Source: Pseudomonadota bacterium (GTDB lineage Bacteria > Pseudomonadota > Alphaproteobacteria > Rhodobacterales > Rhodobacteraceae). From it: a stretch of 64,000 nt of DNA. The position numbers and the translations under genes are program-made. The notes beneath the pieces were generated by a model. The model was not told the DNA's origin. It ran no database searches and was given only the letters and a program-made list of their open reading frames with translations. Positions 49,207 through 59,085 of this stretch are shown here, piece after piece (the stretch's first letter is position 1; each line of letters begins with the position of its first letter). Location: the NCBI GenBank assembly GCA_039821195.1, contig JBCBON010000007.1, positions 91 to 64,090 on the forward strand. The letters are read 5' to 3'.

Positions 49207-50442
49207 ATGCCCGCCGATAATTTGATCTCTCCGCTGGCACCAGGGGAGGGTTTTCCCGACCTACCCGAAGTTGCGGGCGTTCGATTTGCGGCAGTATCTG
49301 CCCAAGTGAAATACCCAGATCGTGACGATGTTATGCTGGCTTTCGTTGACCGAGAGGCTGTGATTGCCGGCGCGTTCACAAAATCGATGACCCGGTCAGC
49401 ATCTGTCTTGGATTGCGAGAAAAAACTGGCAACTGCCAAAGTGCCGGGTCCAATAGGTATTCTTGTGAACTCCGGGAATGCGAACGCCTTTACTGGGGAC
49501 AATGGTCGAAAATCCGTGGATCGGATTTGTGCGGCCGTTGCTGAAAAAACCGGCCTTCCAGAGGGGCGCATTTTTACAGCATCCACTGGTGTCATTGGAG
49601 AGCCGTTGCCGGATGAGCGAATAGCGGCGAAAATCAGTGACTTGGTTGAAAGCCTTACTGCGAATTCCGCCGAGGCAGCCGCTCGCGCAACAATGACCAC
49701 GGACACGTTTCCCAAAGGGGCAACCACTTTGGTGGAACTGTCCTCAGGCACTGCAACTATTGTCGGGTTCGCAAAAGGCTCGGGTATGATTGCTCCCGAT
49801 ATGGCAACGATGCTTGTGCATATCTTCACGGACGTCAAAGTCGACCAGTCTGTTCTGCAAAACATGGTCACATCGTCCTGCGAGCGCAGTTTCAATTCCA
49901 TTACTGTGGACAGCGATACATCAACCTCAGACACTCTTTTGGTCGTGGCAAGCGGAGCTGGACCAGTTGTTTCTCGATCAGAGGAAGCGGTGTTTGCTGA
50001 GGCGCTTGAAAAGGTCATGTTGGAACTTGCCCATCTCGTTGTCCGCGACGGAGAGGGCGCGAGTAAGTTTGTCGAAGTTCGCGTCGCTGGAGCGGCCGAT
50101 GATGCATCTGCAAAAAAGGTTGGCTTCGCAATTGCAAACTCCCCGCTTGTGAAAACGGCCCTTGCTGGCGAAGATCCTAATTGGGGTCGGGTTGTCATGG
50201 CAGTGGGCAAGTCAGGTCAGGCAGCAGATCGTGACAAGCTTGCTATCTGGTTCGGCGACATTCTAGTTGCAGAAAATGGATGGGTGGCACCAAGCTACAC
50301 GGAAAAGGCCGGTGCCGATTACATGAAGGCCAGTGATATTGTTTTGAAGGTTGATCTAGGTATTGGGTCTGGATCTTGGACAGTTTGGACCTGCGATTTT
50401 ACCCACGGGTATATCTCTATCAATGCGGACTACCGATCGTGA
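49207..50442 (+). CDS. argJ: Bifunctional glutamate N-acetyltransferase / amino-acid acetyltransferase ArgJ
   Basis: 411 aa. The autoprocessing region reads GFAKGSGMIAPDMATML, followed by DSDTSTSDT and a conserved C-terminus. Confidence 0.95.
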   Translation: MPADNLISPLAPGEGFPDLPEVAGVRFAAVSAQVKYPDRDDVMLAFVDREAVIAGAFTKSMTRSASVLDCEKKLATAKVPGPIGILVNSGNANAFTGDNGRKSVDRICAAVAEKTGLPEGRIFTASTGVIGEPLPDERIAAKISDLVESLTANSAEAAARATMTTDTFPKGATTLVELSSGTATIVGFAKGSGMIAPDMATMLVHIFTDVKVDQSVLQNMVTSSCERSFNSITVDSDTSTSDTLLVVASGAGPVVSRSEEAVFAEALEKVMLELAHLVVRDGEGASKFVEVRVAGAADDASAKKVGFAIANSPLVKTALAGEDPNWGRVVMAVGKSGQAADRDKLAIWFGDILVAENGWVAPSYTEKAGADYMKASDIVLKVDLGIGSGSWTVWTCDFTHGYISINADYRS

Positions 50443-50837
50443 AGACAGTGCTCGTTTCCGCCGTCTGTTTGATAGATACTGATGGCCGGATTCTTTTGGC
50501 GCAAAGACCCGAAGGGAAGTCCATGGCAGGCCTTTGGGAGTTTCCGGGCGGCAAAGTTGAAGCTGGTGAAACGCCCGAAGTGACATTGATCCGAGAACTT
50601 CAAGAAGAGTTGGGCATCAATACGTGGCAAAGCTGTTTAGCACCACTGACGTTTGCAAGTCATACCTATGAGGATTTTCACTTATTGATGCCTCTTTTCG
50701 CATGTCGAAAGTGGGAGGGTTTTGTACAGGCTCGAGAGGGCCAAAACCTTGCGTGGGTCAAAAGCCGTGACCTCAAGGAGTATCCCATGCCACCAGCAGA
50801 TATCCCACTGATCCCAATCATTCGGGATTGGACTTGA
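50439..50837 (+). CDS. mutT: NUDIX hydrolase, MutT (8-oxo-dGTP diphosphatase)-like
   Basis: About 132 aa. Nudix box GGKVEAGETPEVTLIRELQEELG. Proposed GTG start at 50439 overlaps the argJ stop (GTGA). Confidence 0.8.
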   Translation: MKTVLVSAVCLIDTDGRILLAQRPEGKSMAGLWEFPGGKVEAGETPEVTLIRELQEELGINTWQSCLAPLTFASHTYEDFHLLMPLFACRKWEGFVQAREGQNLAWVKSRDLKEYPMPPADIPLIPIIRDWT

Positions 50838-50888
50838 AACCAAGCTGCGTGGTCCTCTAGACCAAGGACGTTATTTTGGGGAATTCCT

Positions 50889-51965
50889 ATGAAGCGCTAT
50901 TTACTGTGCAGGGCTCTTGGCGGCTTCAATGATCAACTCAACCAAATAAATTTTTGCCGCAAGTATGCTGAAAAATGGGATCGCCACCTCATCATTGACA
51001 CTCGGGTAACGGGACTGAATCGAAACTTTTTCTCGGTTTTTGAGCAGGTCAAAGAGGCAGAGATTCCAATATCCGACGCCTCCGACTTTCCCGATGATTT
51101 TTACAACTCGATGGAGGTTTATCCCAACTGCCTCAAAGGCGCATTTTTTAACTTTGAGCATGAGGTCCTGCGGATACTGATCGAAGGTCGTACCATAAAT
51201 CTTCCAGTGGTGACAGTTGATGGAGTGACCGAAAGTTTACGGATCAGTGCCAAAACGGACGGCACCCTTTTTCCTATCGATAATTTGCCTGATTTTGAAG
51301 AAGAGTTAGTCGTACATCAAAGTTTTGGAGGTGGACCCGAAGGTGTGGACGCACTGAGCTTCTTTCGCCTGAGGAAAGATTTAGCAGATCATATTATAGG
51401 CCGACTGTGCGCACTTCCGCAGAATTTGGTTTCTGTGCATGTCAGAAGTACAGACATGCGCGGAGATTTTGAGACGTTTTTTAAGACCTTAGATCAGCAC
51501 ATCGCAGATGAGGTTCTTTTGATTTGCTCGGATAATAGGTCCGTTGTCGAAAGCGCAAAGGAGAGTTTTACCTCCAATAAGGTGATGTCCGTGTCAGATG
51601 TGCCAGATATCAAAGGCCGTGCGCTGCATTATCGAAAAGACTATATTGGTTCGGACGCCTCAATGAGGGATCTGTTTTTGGATCTTCTGGCTCTTGCGAG
51701 TGCACCTCAGCTGTGCATGCCGATTGTACATTATAAATCCGAAAAACCGATGCTTTCGGGCTTCTCAATTCTTGCGGACGTATTGCGCACCTTACCCGAG
51801 TTACAGATGCAATTGCTCAGTGCTGCAGACCAAAATTTGTTAGAACAGTTTTCTAGTCATGGTCCGTTGGCCGTTCCAAGGAGTACCGAAATTATGGATA
51901 AGCTGGCACTGAAAGATGCGCGATACGAGAAATTGTTAAGGTACCGAAAATACGCATGTCGCTAA
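50889..51965 (+). CDS. Hypothetical protein with weak fucosyltransferase-like motifs
   Basis: 358 aa, long ORF with no competing frame. N-terminal GGFNDQLNQI and a later VHVRSTDMRGDF resemble the GxGNQ and HxRRGD motifs of GT11/GT23/O-FucT-type enzymes. Motif-level resemblance only. Confidence 0.4.
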   Translation: MKRYLLCRALGGFNDQLNQINFCRKYAEKWDRHLIIDTRVTGLNRNFFSVFEQVKEAEIPISDASDFPDDFYNSMEVYPNCLKGAFFNFEHEVLRILIEGRTINLPVVTVDGVTESLRISAKTDGTLFPIDNLPDFEEELVVHQSFGGGPEGVDALSFFRLRKDLADHIIGRLCALPQNLVSVHVRSTDMRGDFETFFKTLDQHIADEVLLICSDNRSVVESAKESFTSNKVMSVSDVPDIKGRALHYRKDYIGSDASMRDLFLDLLALASAPQLCMPIVHYKSEKPMLSGFSILADVLRTLPELQMQLLSAADQNLLEQFSSHGPLAVPRSTEIMDKLALKDARYEKLLRYRKYACR

Positions 51966-51994
51966 AGCATTGACTTGCAACCTAGGCTTTGGTT

Positions 51995-53086
51995 TTAAAC
52001 CCAACCTTGCATTTCGCGTTTCACAATCTCGGTCATCATGTGAATATGCGCATCCCCTTCATTGAGGCATGGAATATAGAGAAAGTTTTCTCCTCCGGCC
52101 TCTTCGAAACTTTCAAAGATTTCTTCGTTGATTTCCTCGAGTGTTTCAACGCAGTCGCTAGAGAATGCAGGCGCCATGATCGCAATGTTTTTCTTACCCT
52201 CATCCTCGGCAAGCCGCGCAACCTCCTCCACGGTGTACGGCTTCAACCATTCTTCCGGTCCAAATTTTGATTGGAAGGTCGTTCTGATTTTGTCATCTGG
52301 CCAACCCAAGCGCTCTTTCAGAAGGCGCGTCGTCTTTTGACATTGGCAATGGTATGGATCACCCTCCATGAGGTACCGCTGTGGTACCCCGTGATAAGAG
52401 GTCACAAGAATATCTGGCTCAACCTCTGCTTTTTCGTAAGCCGCTTCGACAGATTTTGCCAAGGCGTCGATGTAGAGGGGGTGATCATAATATGCTGGAA
52501 CTGTGCGGACGGACGGTTGCCAGTTCATTTTCATCAATGAGCGAAACGCCTGATCATTCGCCGTTGCTGTCGTTGGCGCTGAATATTGCGGATAGAGCGG
52601 GAAGAAAACGATCCGCTCACACCCTTCATCTTTGAGTTTGGTGAGAACGCTATCGGTCGAAGGGTTCCCATAGCGCATTGCAAAATCCACAACCACTTTA
52701 TCGCCATAAGTCGCATGAAGGCTTTCAGCGAGCTTTTCACATTGCGCTCGTGTGGTTGTTAATAGAGGGCTTTCGTCAAGCTCTTCATTCCAAATGCCCC
52801 GGTAGGCAGCGCCTGACGAGAACGGACGCTTCGTCAGAATTATCAGCTGCAGGAGGGGCTGCCAAAGCCAAGGCGAGTAATCGATCACGCGACGATCCGA
52901 CAGAAACTCGTTCAGGTAACGTCGCATGGACCAATAATCCGTATTGTCCGGTGTGCCCAAGTTTGTGATCACCACGCCGACTTTGGCTGGTTTCACATAG
53001 GGGTGATCGGCAGGCGCATGCGCAAGACGGTTTTCCGGTTCAACAGATTTCAACATAATTTCTCTATTCCAGCGTGTGTGCGACAC
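51995..53086 (-). CDS. hemH: Ferrochelatase
   Basis: 363 aa. VVITNLGTPD, LYPQYS, SYHGVP and the C-terminal Cys-containing region. An internal ATG (MLKSVEP) is an alternative start. Confidence 0.9.
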   Translation of the reverse strand: MSHTRWNREIMLKSVEPENRLAHAPADHPYVKPAKVGVVITNLGTPDNTDYWSMRRYLNEFLSDRRVIDYSPWLWQPLLQLIILTKRPFSSGAAYRGIWNEELDESPLLTTTRAQCEKLAESLHATYGDKVVVDFAMRYGNPSTDSVLTKLKDEGCERIVFFPLYPQYSAPTTATANDQAFRSLMKMNWQPSVRTVPAYYDHPLYIDALAKSVEAAYEKAEVEPDILVTSYHGVPQRYLMEGDPYHCQCQKTTRLLKERLGWPDDKIRTTFQSKFGPEEWLKPYTVEEVARLAEDEGKKNIAIMAPAFSSDCVETLEEINEEIFESFEEAGGENFLYIPCLNEGDAHIHMMTEIVKREMQGWV

Positions 53087-53107
53087 CTATTGTTCGTCGC
53101 CGATCCT

Positions 53108-53911
53108 TCAACCCTTAGAAAATTGCGTCAAAACCTCTGCAAGCGAGTGGGTGGCCGAGCCGGGTTTCAACGGCTTTTGCTGATTTGCGGATGGCCCCCA
53201 CCCGGTCAGGAAAACAATTTCGTATTCAAATAGACGAGGTCCATTAGAGAAAAGTGAATTTTCTAGTTCCCTGAAAATAGCGCTCTTGGAAAATACTTTA
53301 ATCCGATCTGCAAGCGCATTGGTTTCACCCATAGCCCGAAGGTCATGGAGCAAAGACCAAAGCGAACTGTACTCAACCTTTTGGAAAAAGTTGTCAGCCA
53401 CCGGTAAGGCATATCCTGCACGCTGCAGAAGACCACCAAGATCTCGAAGATCCGCCAGAGGCGCCATTCTCGGTGATAACCCGCCGGTAGCAGACACCTC
53501 CGCCCGCGTTAGCGCATCGCGAAAATTCGTTAGCGTGCCTGAACCAAACATCGCAGCAATCATCAGACCGTCAGGCTTAAGCGCGCGACGCATTTGGATC
53601 AGCTGACCAACAGGGTCTTCTGACCAATGTAACTCGAGCCCATGAATAATAAGGTCGTATTGGCTTTCTGGGGTGAGTTCCAAAGTTTCGGAGGCGGTAA
53701 ATTGATCAGCTTCCAAACCCAAAGACCTTGCCCATCGCGGCGCTTGCCACGAGATGATCGCAGCTTTGGTAAATGATCTGTTAACCTCTTCCAGCCTTTC
53801 TGAGATCAGATCACAGGAAAGATCATGCAGAAACAGACCGCTCTCTGTTGCGCGAGCGCGGTGCAGGGCTAACGAGGTTGAATCAAACAGTTTGCGCGGA
53901 TCAGAGTTCAT
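53108..53911 (-). CDS. SAM-dependent methyltransferase (class I fold)
   Basis: 267 aa with a methyltransferase-type central region (LHWSEDPVGQLIQMRRALKPDGLMIAAMFG). Divergent from comF-grxC. Confidence 0.7.
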   Translation of the reverse strand: MNSDPRKLFDSTSLALHRARATESGLFLHDLSCDLISERLEEVNRSFTKAAIISWQAPRWARSLGLEADQFTASETLELTPESQYDLIIHGLELHWSEDPVGQLIQMRRALKPDGLMIAAMFGSGTLTNFRDALTRAEVSATGGLSPRMAPLADLRDLGGLLQRAGYALPVADNFFQKVEYSSLWSLLHDLRAMGETNALADRIKVFSKSAIFRELENSLFSNGPRLFEYEIVFLTGWGPSANQQKPLKPGSATHSLAEVLTQFSKG

Positions 53912-53918
53912 AACAAAC

Positions 53919-54623
53919 TTGGCTTCTACAGCGTTCCACGCCGTCTATCCACCGTTGTGCATGGGTTGTGGTGTAGAAACCAGCGCGGCAAACGGTCTTT
54001 GTCCAAGCTGCTGGGCCGATACCGAGTTTATCTACGAGCCGGCCTGCACATCCTGTGGTGCGCCATTGATCGGCGACACCCCTGGTTTGTGTGAAGATTG
54101 CTTTGCGGATCCGCCGCCTTGGGATGACGGATCGGCTGTGGTTGTTTACGGGCCGGTCACTGCGCGCATCATCCAAGCGCTCAAACATGGGGATCGGTTA
54201 GACTTCGTGCCTAGGCTCGGCAAATGGATGGCCCAAACAGGAGCACCTTTGATCAGTCCAAAGGCCGTGGTTGTACCGGTGCCTGTTCATTGGCGCAGAT
54301 TGCTGAAACGCAAATTTAATCAAGCCGATCTTTTGGCGCGCCAGATCGCGCGTCACCACAGACTCAAGTATCGCAATGATGTTTTGCTTCGCACCAAAGG
54401 TACTCAACAACAAAGATCCATGAGCCGTGAAGAACGCGTCAACAATCAGGAAAACAGCTTTTGCGTGAGCGACCCGTCCCAGATCGTGGGCGCTCATATT
54501 CTGCTCGTCGATGATGTTATGACCACTGGCGCAACACTGAGAGCCGCTGCGAAAACACTCCGCTCGGCAGGAGTTAAGACAATTTCAATTTCTGTGTTTG
54601 CGCGGGTTGCTCCGAATCTCTGA
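53919..54623 (+). CDS. comF: ComF-family phosphoribosyltransferase-domain protein
   Basis: N-terminal Cys-rich zinc-finger-like region (CMGCG...CPSCW...CTSCGAP...CEDC) and PRTase motif ILLVDDVMTTGATL. Proposed TTG start at 53919, because the longer ORF would overlap the divergent methyltransferase gene. Confidence 0.75.
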   Translation: MASTAFHAVYPPLCMGCGVETSAANGLCPSCWADTEFIYEPACTSCGAPLIGDTPGLCEDCFADPPPWDDGSAVVVYGPVTARIIQALKHGDRLDFVPRLGKWMAQTGAPLISPKAVVVPVPVHWRRLLKRKFNQADLLARQIARHHRLKYRNDVLLRTKGTQQQRSMSREERVNNQENSFCVSDPSQIVGAHILLVDDVMTTGATLRAAAKTLRSAGVKTISISVFARVAPNL

Positions 54624-54659
54624 AACGGTAAAGTAACAGAGGTGTAAAATTGGGGTTTT

Positions 54660-54917
54660 ATGCAAACAGTAGAAATTTATACGACGCCGATTTGCGGGTA
54701 TTGCGCGCGAGCGAAAGCTCTGCTCGAGGCAAAGGGTATTTCTTACACAGAAATAAATGTGATGTTGAGCCCTGATAAACGGGTAGAGATGGAAGCACGC
54801 TCCCACGGCGGTAGAACAGTCCCACAGATTTTTATCGGGGGTGTTCACGTCGGCGGATCGGATGATCTATATGCTCTCGATCGAGCTGGAAAGCTTGATA
54901 GCCTTCTTGCGGCTTAA
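54660..54917 (+). CDS. grxC: Glutaredoxin 3
   Basis: 85 aa. CGYC active site, TVPQIFI and GGSDDL motifs. Confidence 0.9.
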   Translation: MQTVEIYTTPICGYCARAKALLEAKGISYTEINVMLSPDKRVEMEARSHGGRTVPQIFIGGVHVGGSDDLYALDRAGKLDSLLAA

Positions 54918-55744
54918 TGCGAATTGGGCTGGTACAACTGTCTGTCGGACCTGATCCGACGGCAAACCTTCAAGTCACCGAAGAGCTAATTAAGAAATGT
55001 GCGCAAGACAGGGCAACTTGGATTTTCACCCCTGAGGTGACGAACCTTTTGGAAACCCGATCGGAGCTTCAGGAACAAAAGCTTCAGGCGCAAGATGAAG
55101 ATGTAACTCTACGTGCTATTTCCGCACTCGCAAAAGCACTCGATGTGTCAGTGACGATTGGGTCATTGGCACTTCGAACTGCGGATGCAGATGGTCGCTA
55201 TGCCAATAGGAGTTTTCACATTGGATCCGATGGTCAGATTGTAGCGCAATACGATAAAATTCATATGTTCGACGTGGTCTTGTCGGACACTGAAAAGTTT
55301 ATGGAATCCAGCAGATACCGCCCGGGCTCAAAGGCTGTCTTAGTTGATGCCCCTCTGAATTTGGGCATGAGCGTTTGTTATGATCTGCGCTTTCCGCATC
55401 TTTACCGAATGCTCGCTAAATCCGGCGCTGAAGTTTTGTCAGTGCCTGCCGCTTTTGCACAAACGACGGGCGAAGCGCATTGGCATGTCTTACTCCGGGC
55501 GAGAGCTATTGAGACAGGTTGCTTTGTGGTAGCCGCAGCCCAAACCGGAAAACATGGGAACGGCAATCATGCGCTGCGCAAAACCTACGGACACAGTTTG
55601 GTTGTCGACCCATGGGGACACGTCCTTTTGGATATGGGGACTGAACCCGGTCATGCAGTTGTGGAGATTGACCCTGCGGCGGTTGGCATTGCGCGAAACC
55701 GTGTTCCAGCCATAACTTCAGATCGAGAGTTCGATGCGCCATGA
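54917..55744 (+). CDS. Carbon-nitrogen hydrolase (nitrilase superfamily) protein
   Basis: 275 aa. E-K-C triad context (FTPEV, KIHMFD, VCYDLRFP). Confidence 0.85.
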   Translation: MRIGLVQLSVGPDPTANLQVTEELIKKCAQDRATWIFTPEVTNLLETRSELQEQKLQAQDEDVTLRAISALAKALDVSVTIGSLALRTADADGRYANRSFHIGSDGQIVAQYDKIHMFDVVLSDTEKFMESSRYRPGSKAVLVDAPLNLGMSVCYDLRFPHLYRMLAKSGAEVLSVPAAFAQTTGEAHWHVLLRARAIETGCFVVAAAQTGKHGNGNHALRKTYGHSLVVDPWGHVLLDMGTEPGHAVVEIDPAAVGIARNRVPAITSDREFDAP

Positions 55745-56178
55745 GCGAGGGAGATGCAGATCCCTTAGCAATCGCTTTGGTTTCCGAAGTTCTGGCTGTG
55801 GAGGGAATGATAAGATCCCGGCTATCGCGCGCGCTTCCTAAAGGGATGGAGCTTTCTCATTTTGTGGTTTTGAACCATCTTTATTTGTCGCCTCGTGAAC
55901 GCTCCCCGATACAACTTGCTCACCTGTCAAACGTGACAAAAGGGGCAATGACGAACACACTCAACAAACTCGAAGTGCTGGGATACGTCCATATCCGCCC
56001 TGACTGGGATGATGGACGCCGCAAATGGGTCTCTTTGTCAGACAGGGGTCGCAATGTACGAGAAGAAGCCGTGCGCGCCATTGCCCCGATATTCGAGGGA
56101 TTGCTGTCAGCCCTGGGACTAGAGCGGATCCGATCGGCCTTGCCTCTCTTTCGGGATTTGCGTCGCGCCTTGGATTAG
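55741..56178 (+). CDS. MarR-family transcriptional regulator
   Basis: 145 aa with a winged-HTH core ([10 protein letters not shown]...[25 protein letters not shown]). Confidence 0.85.
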   Translation: MSEGDADPLAIALVSEVLAVEGMIRSRLSRALPKGMELSHFVVLNHLYLSPRERSPIQLAHLSNVTKGAMTNTLNKLEVLGYVHIRPDWDDGRRKWVSLSDRGRNVREEAVRAIAPIFEGLLSALGLERIRSALPLFRDLRRALD

Positions 56179-56915
56179 GCCCGCCTAATACTTGTGGTCA
56201 CGTAATTCACTGACATGTCCTTCGACATCTCCCATTCCCATTTCAGGAAGTTCAGCTTGAAGCCCTTACGATCGACCGGATCCAAACCCGCTTGGCGGAG
56301 CAAGTCGTAGAGTTCATCGGGCGTGATGAACATCGACCATTCGTGTGTTCCTTTTGGCAGCCAACGCATCACATACTCAGCACCAATAATTGCAAAGACA
56401 TAGGATTTGGGATTTCTGTTGATTGTGGAACAGGTCATGAGGCCGCCCGGTTTCAGAAGATCATGACACGCTGTCAGATAAGCGAGCGGGTCAGACACGT
56501 GCTCAACCACTTCCATATTCATCACGACGTCGAATTTTTCACCATCTGCTGCCATCGCCTCGGCCGTTGTGTGACGGTAATCAATATCCAAACCGGATTG
56601 TTCGGCATGAAGGCGCGCCACTGGGATGTTCCGCTCTGCCGCATCGGCGCCAACGACATCTGCACCCAAGCGGGCCATGGGTTCGCACAGCAGACCACCG
56701 CCACAACCGATATCTAGAATGCGAAGCCCAGCGAACGGCTTTTCGGTTTTCAAGTCTCGGCCAAACTCGGCGGCGATTTGTTTGCAAATGTAGTCCAGAC
56801 GACAGGGGTGAAGGTGGTGCAACGGTTTGAACTTCCCCTCGGGGTCCCACCATTCATCCGCCATGGCCTGAAACTTTTCGATCTCATTCGGCTTGATCGT
56901 TGTAGCGGTATTCAT
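56175..56915 (-). CDS. ubiG: Ubiquinone biosynthesis O-methyltransferase UbiG
   Basis: 246 aa. [23 protein letters not shown], and a conserved C-terminal region. Confidence 0.9.
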   Translation of the reverse strand: MNTATTIKPNEIEKFQAMADEWWDPEGKFKPLHHLHPCRLDYICKQIAAEFGRDLKTEKPFAGLRILDIGCGGGLLCEPMARLGADVVGADAAERNIPVARLHAEQSGLDIDYRHTTAEAMAADGEKFDVVMNMEVVEHVSDPLAYLTACHDLLKPGGLMTCSTINRNPKSYVFAIIGAEYVMRWLPKGTHEWSMFITPDELYDLLRQAGLDPVDRKGFKLNFLKWEWEMSKDMSVNYVTTSIRRA

Positions 56916-56974
56916 TGATTTTTTGCCTCTTCGCGTTCACATCTTATGTGTCTTGGAGAGGACATAGTCTCAAC

Positions 56975-57940
56975 ATGCGAAATGCCGATACCCAAACCGG
57001 GGTGACACGTCGTCTCTATCCAGTGATACAGCCGTATCACTACGAGATGCTGGAAGTTGCTGACGGCCATACTCTTTATCTCGAAGAGTGCGGTAACAAA
57101 GATGGTGTACCGGTTATTATTCTACATGGCGGGCCGGGTGGCGGGTGCAGTCCCAGCATGCGGCGCTTTTTCCACCCCGGTCTCTATCGCATTATTCTGT
57201 TTGATCAGCGCGGGTGTGGTCGGTCTCGACCGCATGCCAGCGTCACAAACAACACGACTTGGGATTTGATCGAAGACATTGAGGTCATTCGCAAACATCT
57301 TGGCATTGAAAGCTTGATCGTATTCGGCGGCTCTTGGGGTGCGACACTCTCTTTGTTGTATGCTCAGGCATATCCAGATCACGTGCGCCAGCTTGTACTG
57401 CGCGGTGTTTTTACAATGACGCAAGCCGAGCTTGATTGGTTTTATGCAGGCGGGGCCGCTCAGTTTTTCCCAGATCTTTGGCAGCGGTTCATAGAGATGC
57501 TGCCAGAAAATGAACGAAAAGATGCAATTTCAGGGTACAATAAGAGACTGTTCAGCCCGAACGAAGAAGTCCAAACCAAATTTGCGCGGGCCTGGACTGC
57601 GTGGGAGTCAGCGTTGGCAACGCTAGAAGGGGCATCGCATATTGGGTCGACGCCTGCCGCGTATGCGCGAGCATTTGCGCGCATTGAGAACCACTACTTC
57701 ATTAACCATGGTTTCCTCCCAGAGGACGGATATATCATGGCAAACATGCACAAGATTTCCCACATTCCGGGCGTTATCGTGCAGGGTCGTTATGATATGA
57801 TATGTCCGCCGAAAACGGCGTTTCAACTTCATGAGGTTTGGCCATCATCGCGGCTTATCATTGCGCCCGCGTCTGGGCATTCTTTATCTGAGCAAGGGAT
57901 CAGCTCTGCTTTGTTGGGCGTTATGGATGAAATGGCGTAA
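56975..57940 (+). CDS. pip: Prolyl aminopeptidase (proline iminopeptidase)
   Basis: About 321 aa from the ATG at 56975. HGGPGGG and the GGSWGATL nucleophile elbow, with a C-terminal GHS. Confidence 0.9.
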   Translation: MRNADTQTGVTRRLYPVIQPYHYEMLEVADGHTLYLEECGNKDGVPVIILHGGPGGGCSPSMRRFFHPGLYRIILFDQRGCGRSRPHASVTNNTTWDLIEDIEVIRKHLGIESLIVFGGSWGATLSLLYAQAYPDHVRQLVLRGVFTMTQAELDWFYAGGAAQFFPDLWQRFIEMLPENERKDAISGYNKRLFSPNEEVQTKFARAWTAWESALATLEGASHIGSTPAAYARAFARIENHYFINHGFLPEDGYIMANMHKISHIPGVIVQGRYDMICPPKTAFQLHEVWPSSRLIIAPASGHSLSEQGISSALLGVMDEMA

Positions 57941-58080
57941 TTTCGTCCGCAAAATCAGAAACACATCCTCGAAAACCGAAATGTTATGCGCATTTTGCGT
58001 ATTAACGTTTGACTGATGGGGACCGCTGGGTAGGCTTTGCGGCATGTCTGCACGAGACGGACAGGACGGGAGAGAATAGG

Positions 58081-59085
58081 TTGGCGGTCTGGAAGATCAT
58101 TCTTCAAAGACTGGGATTAGGGGTGATCACTCTCCTCGCTGTTTCAGTCATTATCTTTTTTGCAATCAATATGCTGCCGGGCGATTTCGCAGCAGCCATT
58201 CTGGGCCAAGGGGCCACTGAAGAAGCGAAGTTCTCTATTCGCACGCAACTTGGCATCATCGATGAAAACGGCGATCCAGTTTCGGCGGTTTCCCGCTACT
58301 TTGACTGGTTGGGTGCTTTGATCACGGGCGATCTGGGTGTATCTTATGCTCAACTTTCGTTTGCGTCGAACTTGGGTGGCGATCAATTGATCCCCATCAC
58401 AGAGCAACTGCGGCCACGGTTTTATAACACAATGTTCCTGGCTCTTGTCGCCGCAGCGATTGCCGTTCCGCTGTCATTGCTTCTTGGTGTTTTGGCCGCT
58501 CTTTATCGAAATTCGACTTACGACCGGGTCATCAATGTGGTCACTCTCAGTTCGATTTCGTCACCAGAGTTCTTCCTCGCTTATATCCTGACGCTTTTTC
58601 TCGCTGTTCTGAACCCGGTCCTTCCGTCGTTGTCGAACGTGTCGCCGGATATGGCGTTTGGTGAGCGACTGGAAAAAACTATGCTGCCAGCCCTTACGCT
58701 GACTTTCGTTGTGACAGCGCATATGATGCGGATGACGCGTGCTGCGATCATCAACTTGCTTGCGAGTCCATATATTGAGATGGCGCGCCTGAAAGGCATG
58801 CGGCCGATGCGGGTTATTCTACGCCATGCCTTTCCGAACGCGCTCGCACCCATCATCAATGTGGTTGCATTGAACCTTGCATATTTGGTCACGGGCGTTG
58901 TGGTCGTCGAAGTGGTCTTTGTATATCCCGGTATTGGCCAGCTTTTCGTCGATGCGGTGAAATTCCGTGACATTCCAGTTGTGCAAGCTTGCTGTTTGAT
59001 TTTCGCAGCAGCGTATATTCTTCTGAACTTGACGGCGGATATCCTCTCGATCCTGACCAACCCAAGATTGAGGCATCCAAAATAA
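58081..59085 (+). CDS. ABC transporter permease, DppB/OppB-like
   Basis: About 334 aa from an in-frame TTG at 58081 (GGAGAG upstream). N-terminal ILQRLGLGVITLL and the EAA-loop region YIEMARLKGM. Confidence 0.85.
   Translation: MAVWKIILQRLGLGVITLLAVSVIIFFAINMLPGDFAAAILGQGATEEAKFSIRTQLGIIDENGDPVSAVSRYFDWLGALITGDLGVSYAQLSFASNLGGDQLIPITEQLRPRFYNTMFLALVAAAIAVPLSLLLGVLAALYRNSTYDRVINVVTLSSISSPEFFLAYILTLFLAVLNPVLPSLSNVSPDMAFGERLEKTMLPALTLTFVVTAHMMRMTRAAIINLLASPYIEMARLKGMRPMRVILRHAFPNALAPIINVVALNLAYLVTGVVVVEVVFVYPGIGQLFVDAVKFRDIPVVQACCLIFAAAYILLNLTADILSILTNPRLRHPK

Noticed and set aside
49086-50210. A 374-aa ORF antisense to argJ. Similar long antisense or out-of-frame ORFs occur at 46848-47810 (in secA), 14952-15707 (in rho), 1002-1805 and 1618-2055 (in maeB), 60768-61646 (in the ABC ATPase), 58581-59279, 62506-63132, 31796-32497 and 21175-21729.
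   Set aside because: Each lies entirely within a strongly supported conserved gene on the other strand or in another frame. Their translations are low-complexity (Ser/Ala/Arg/Thr-rich) with no motifs, which is typical of shadow ORFs.
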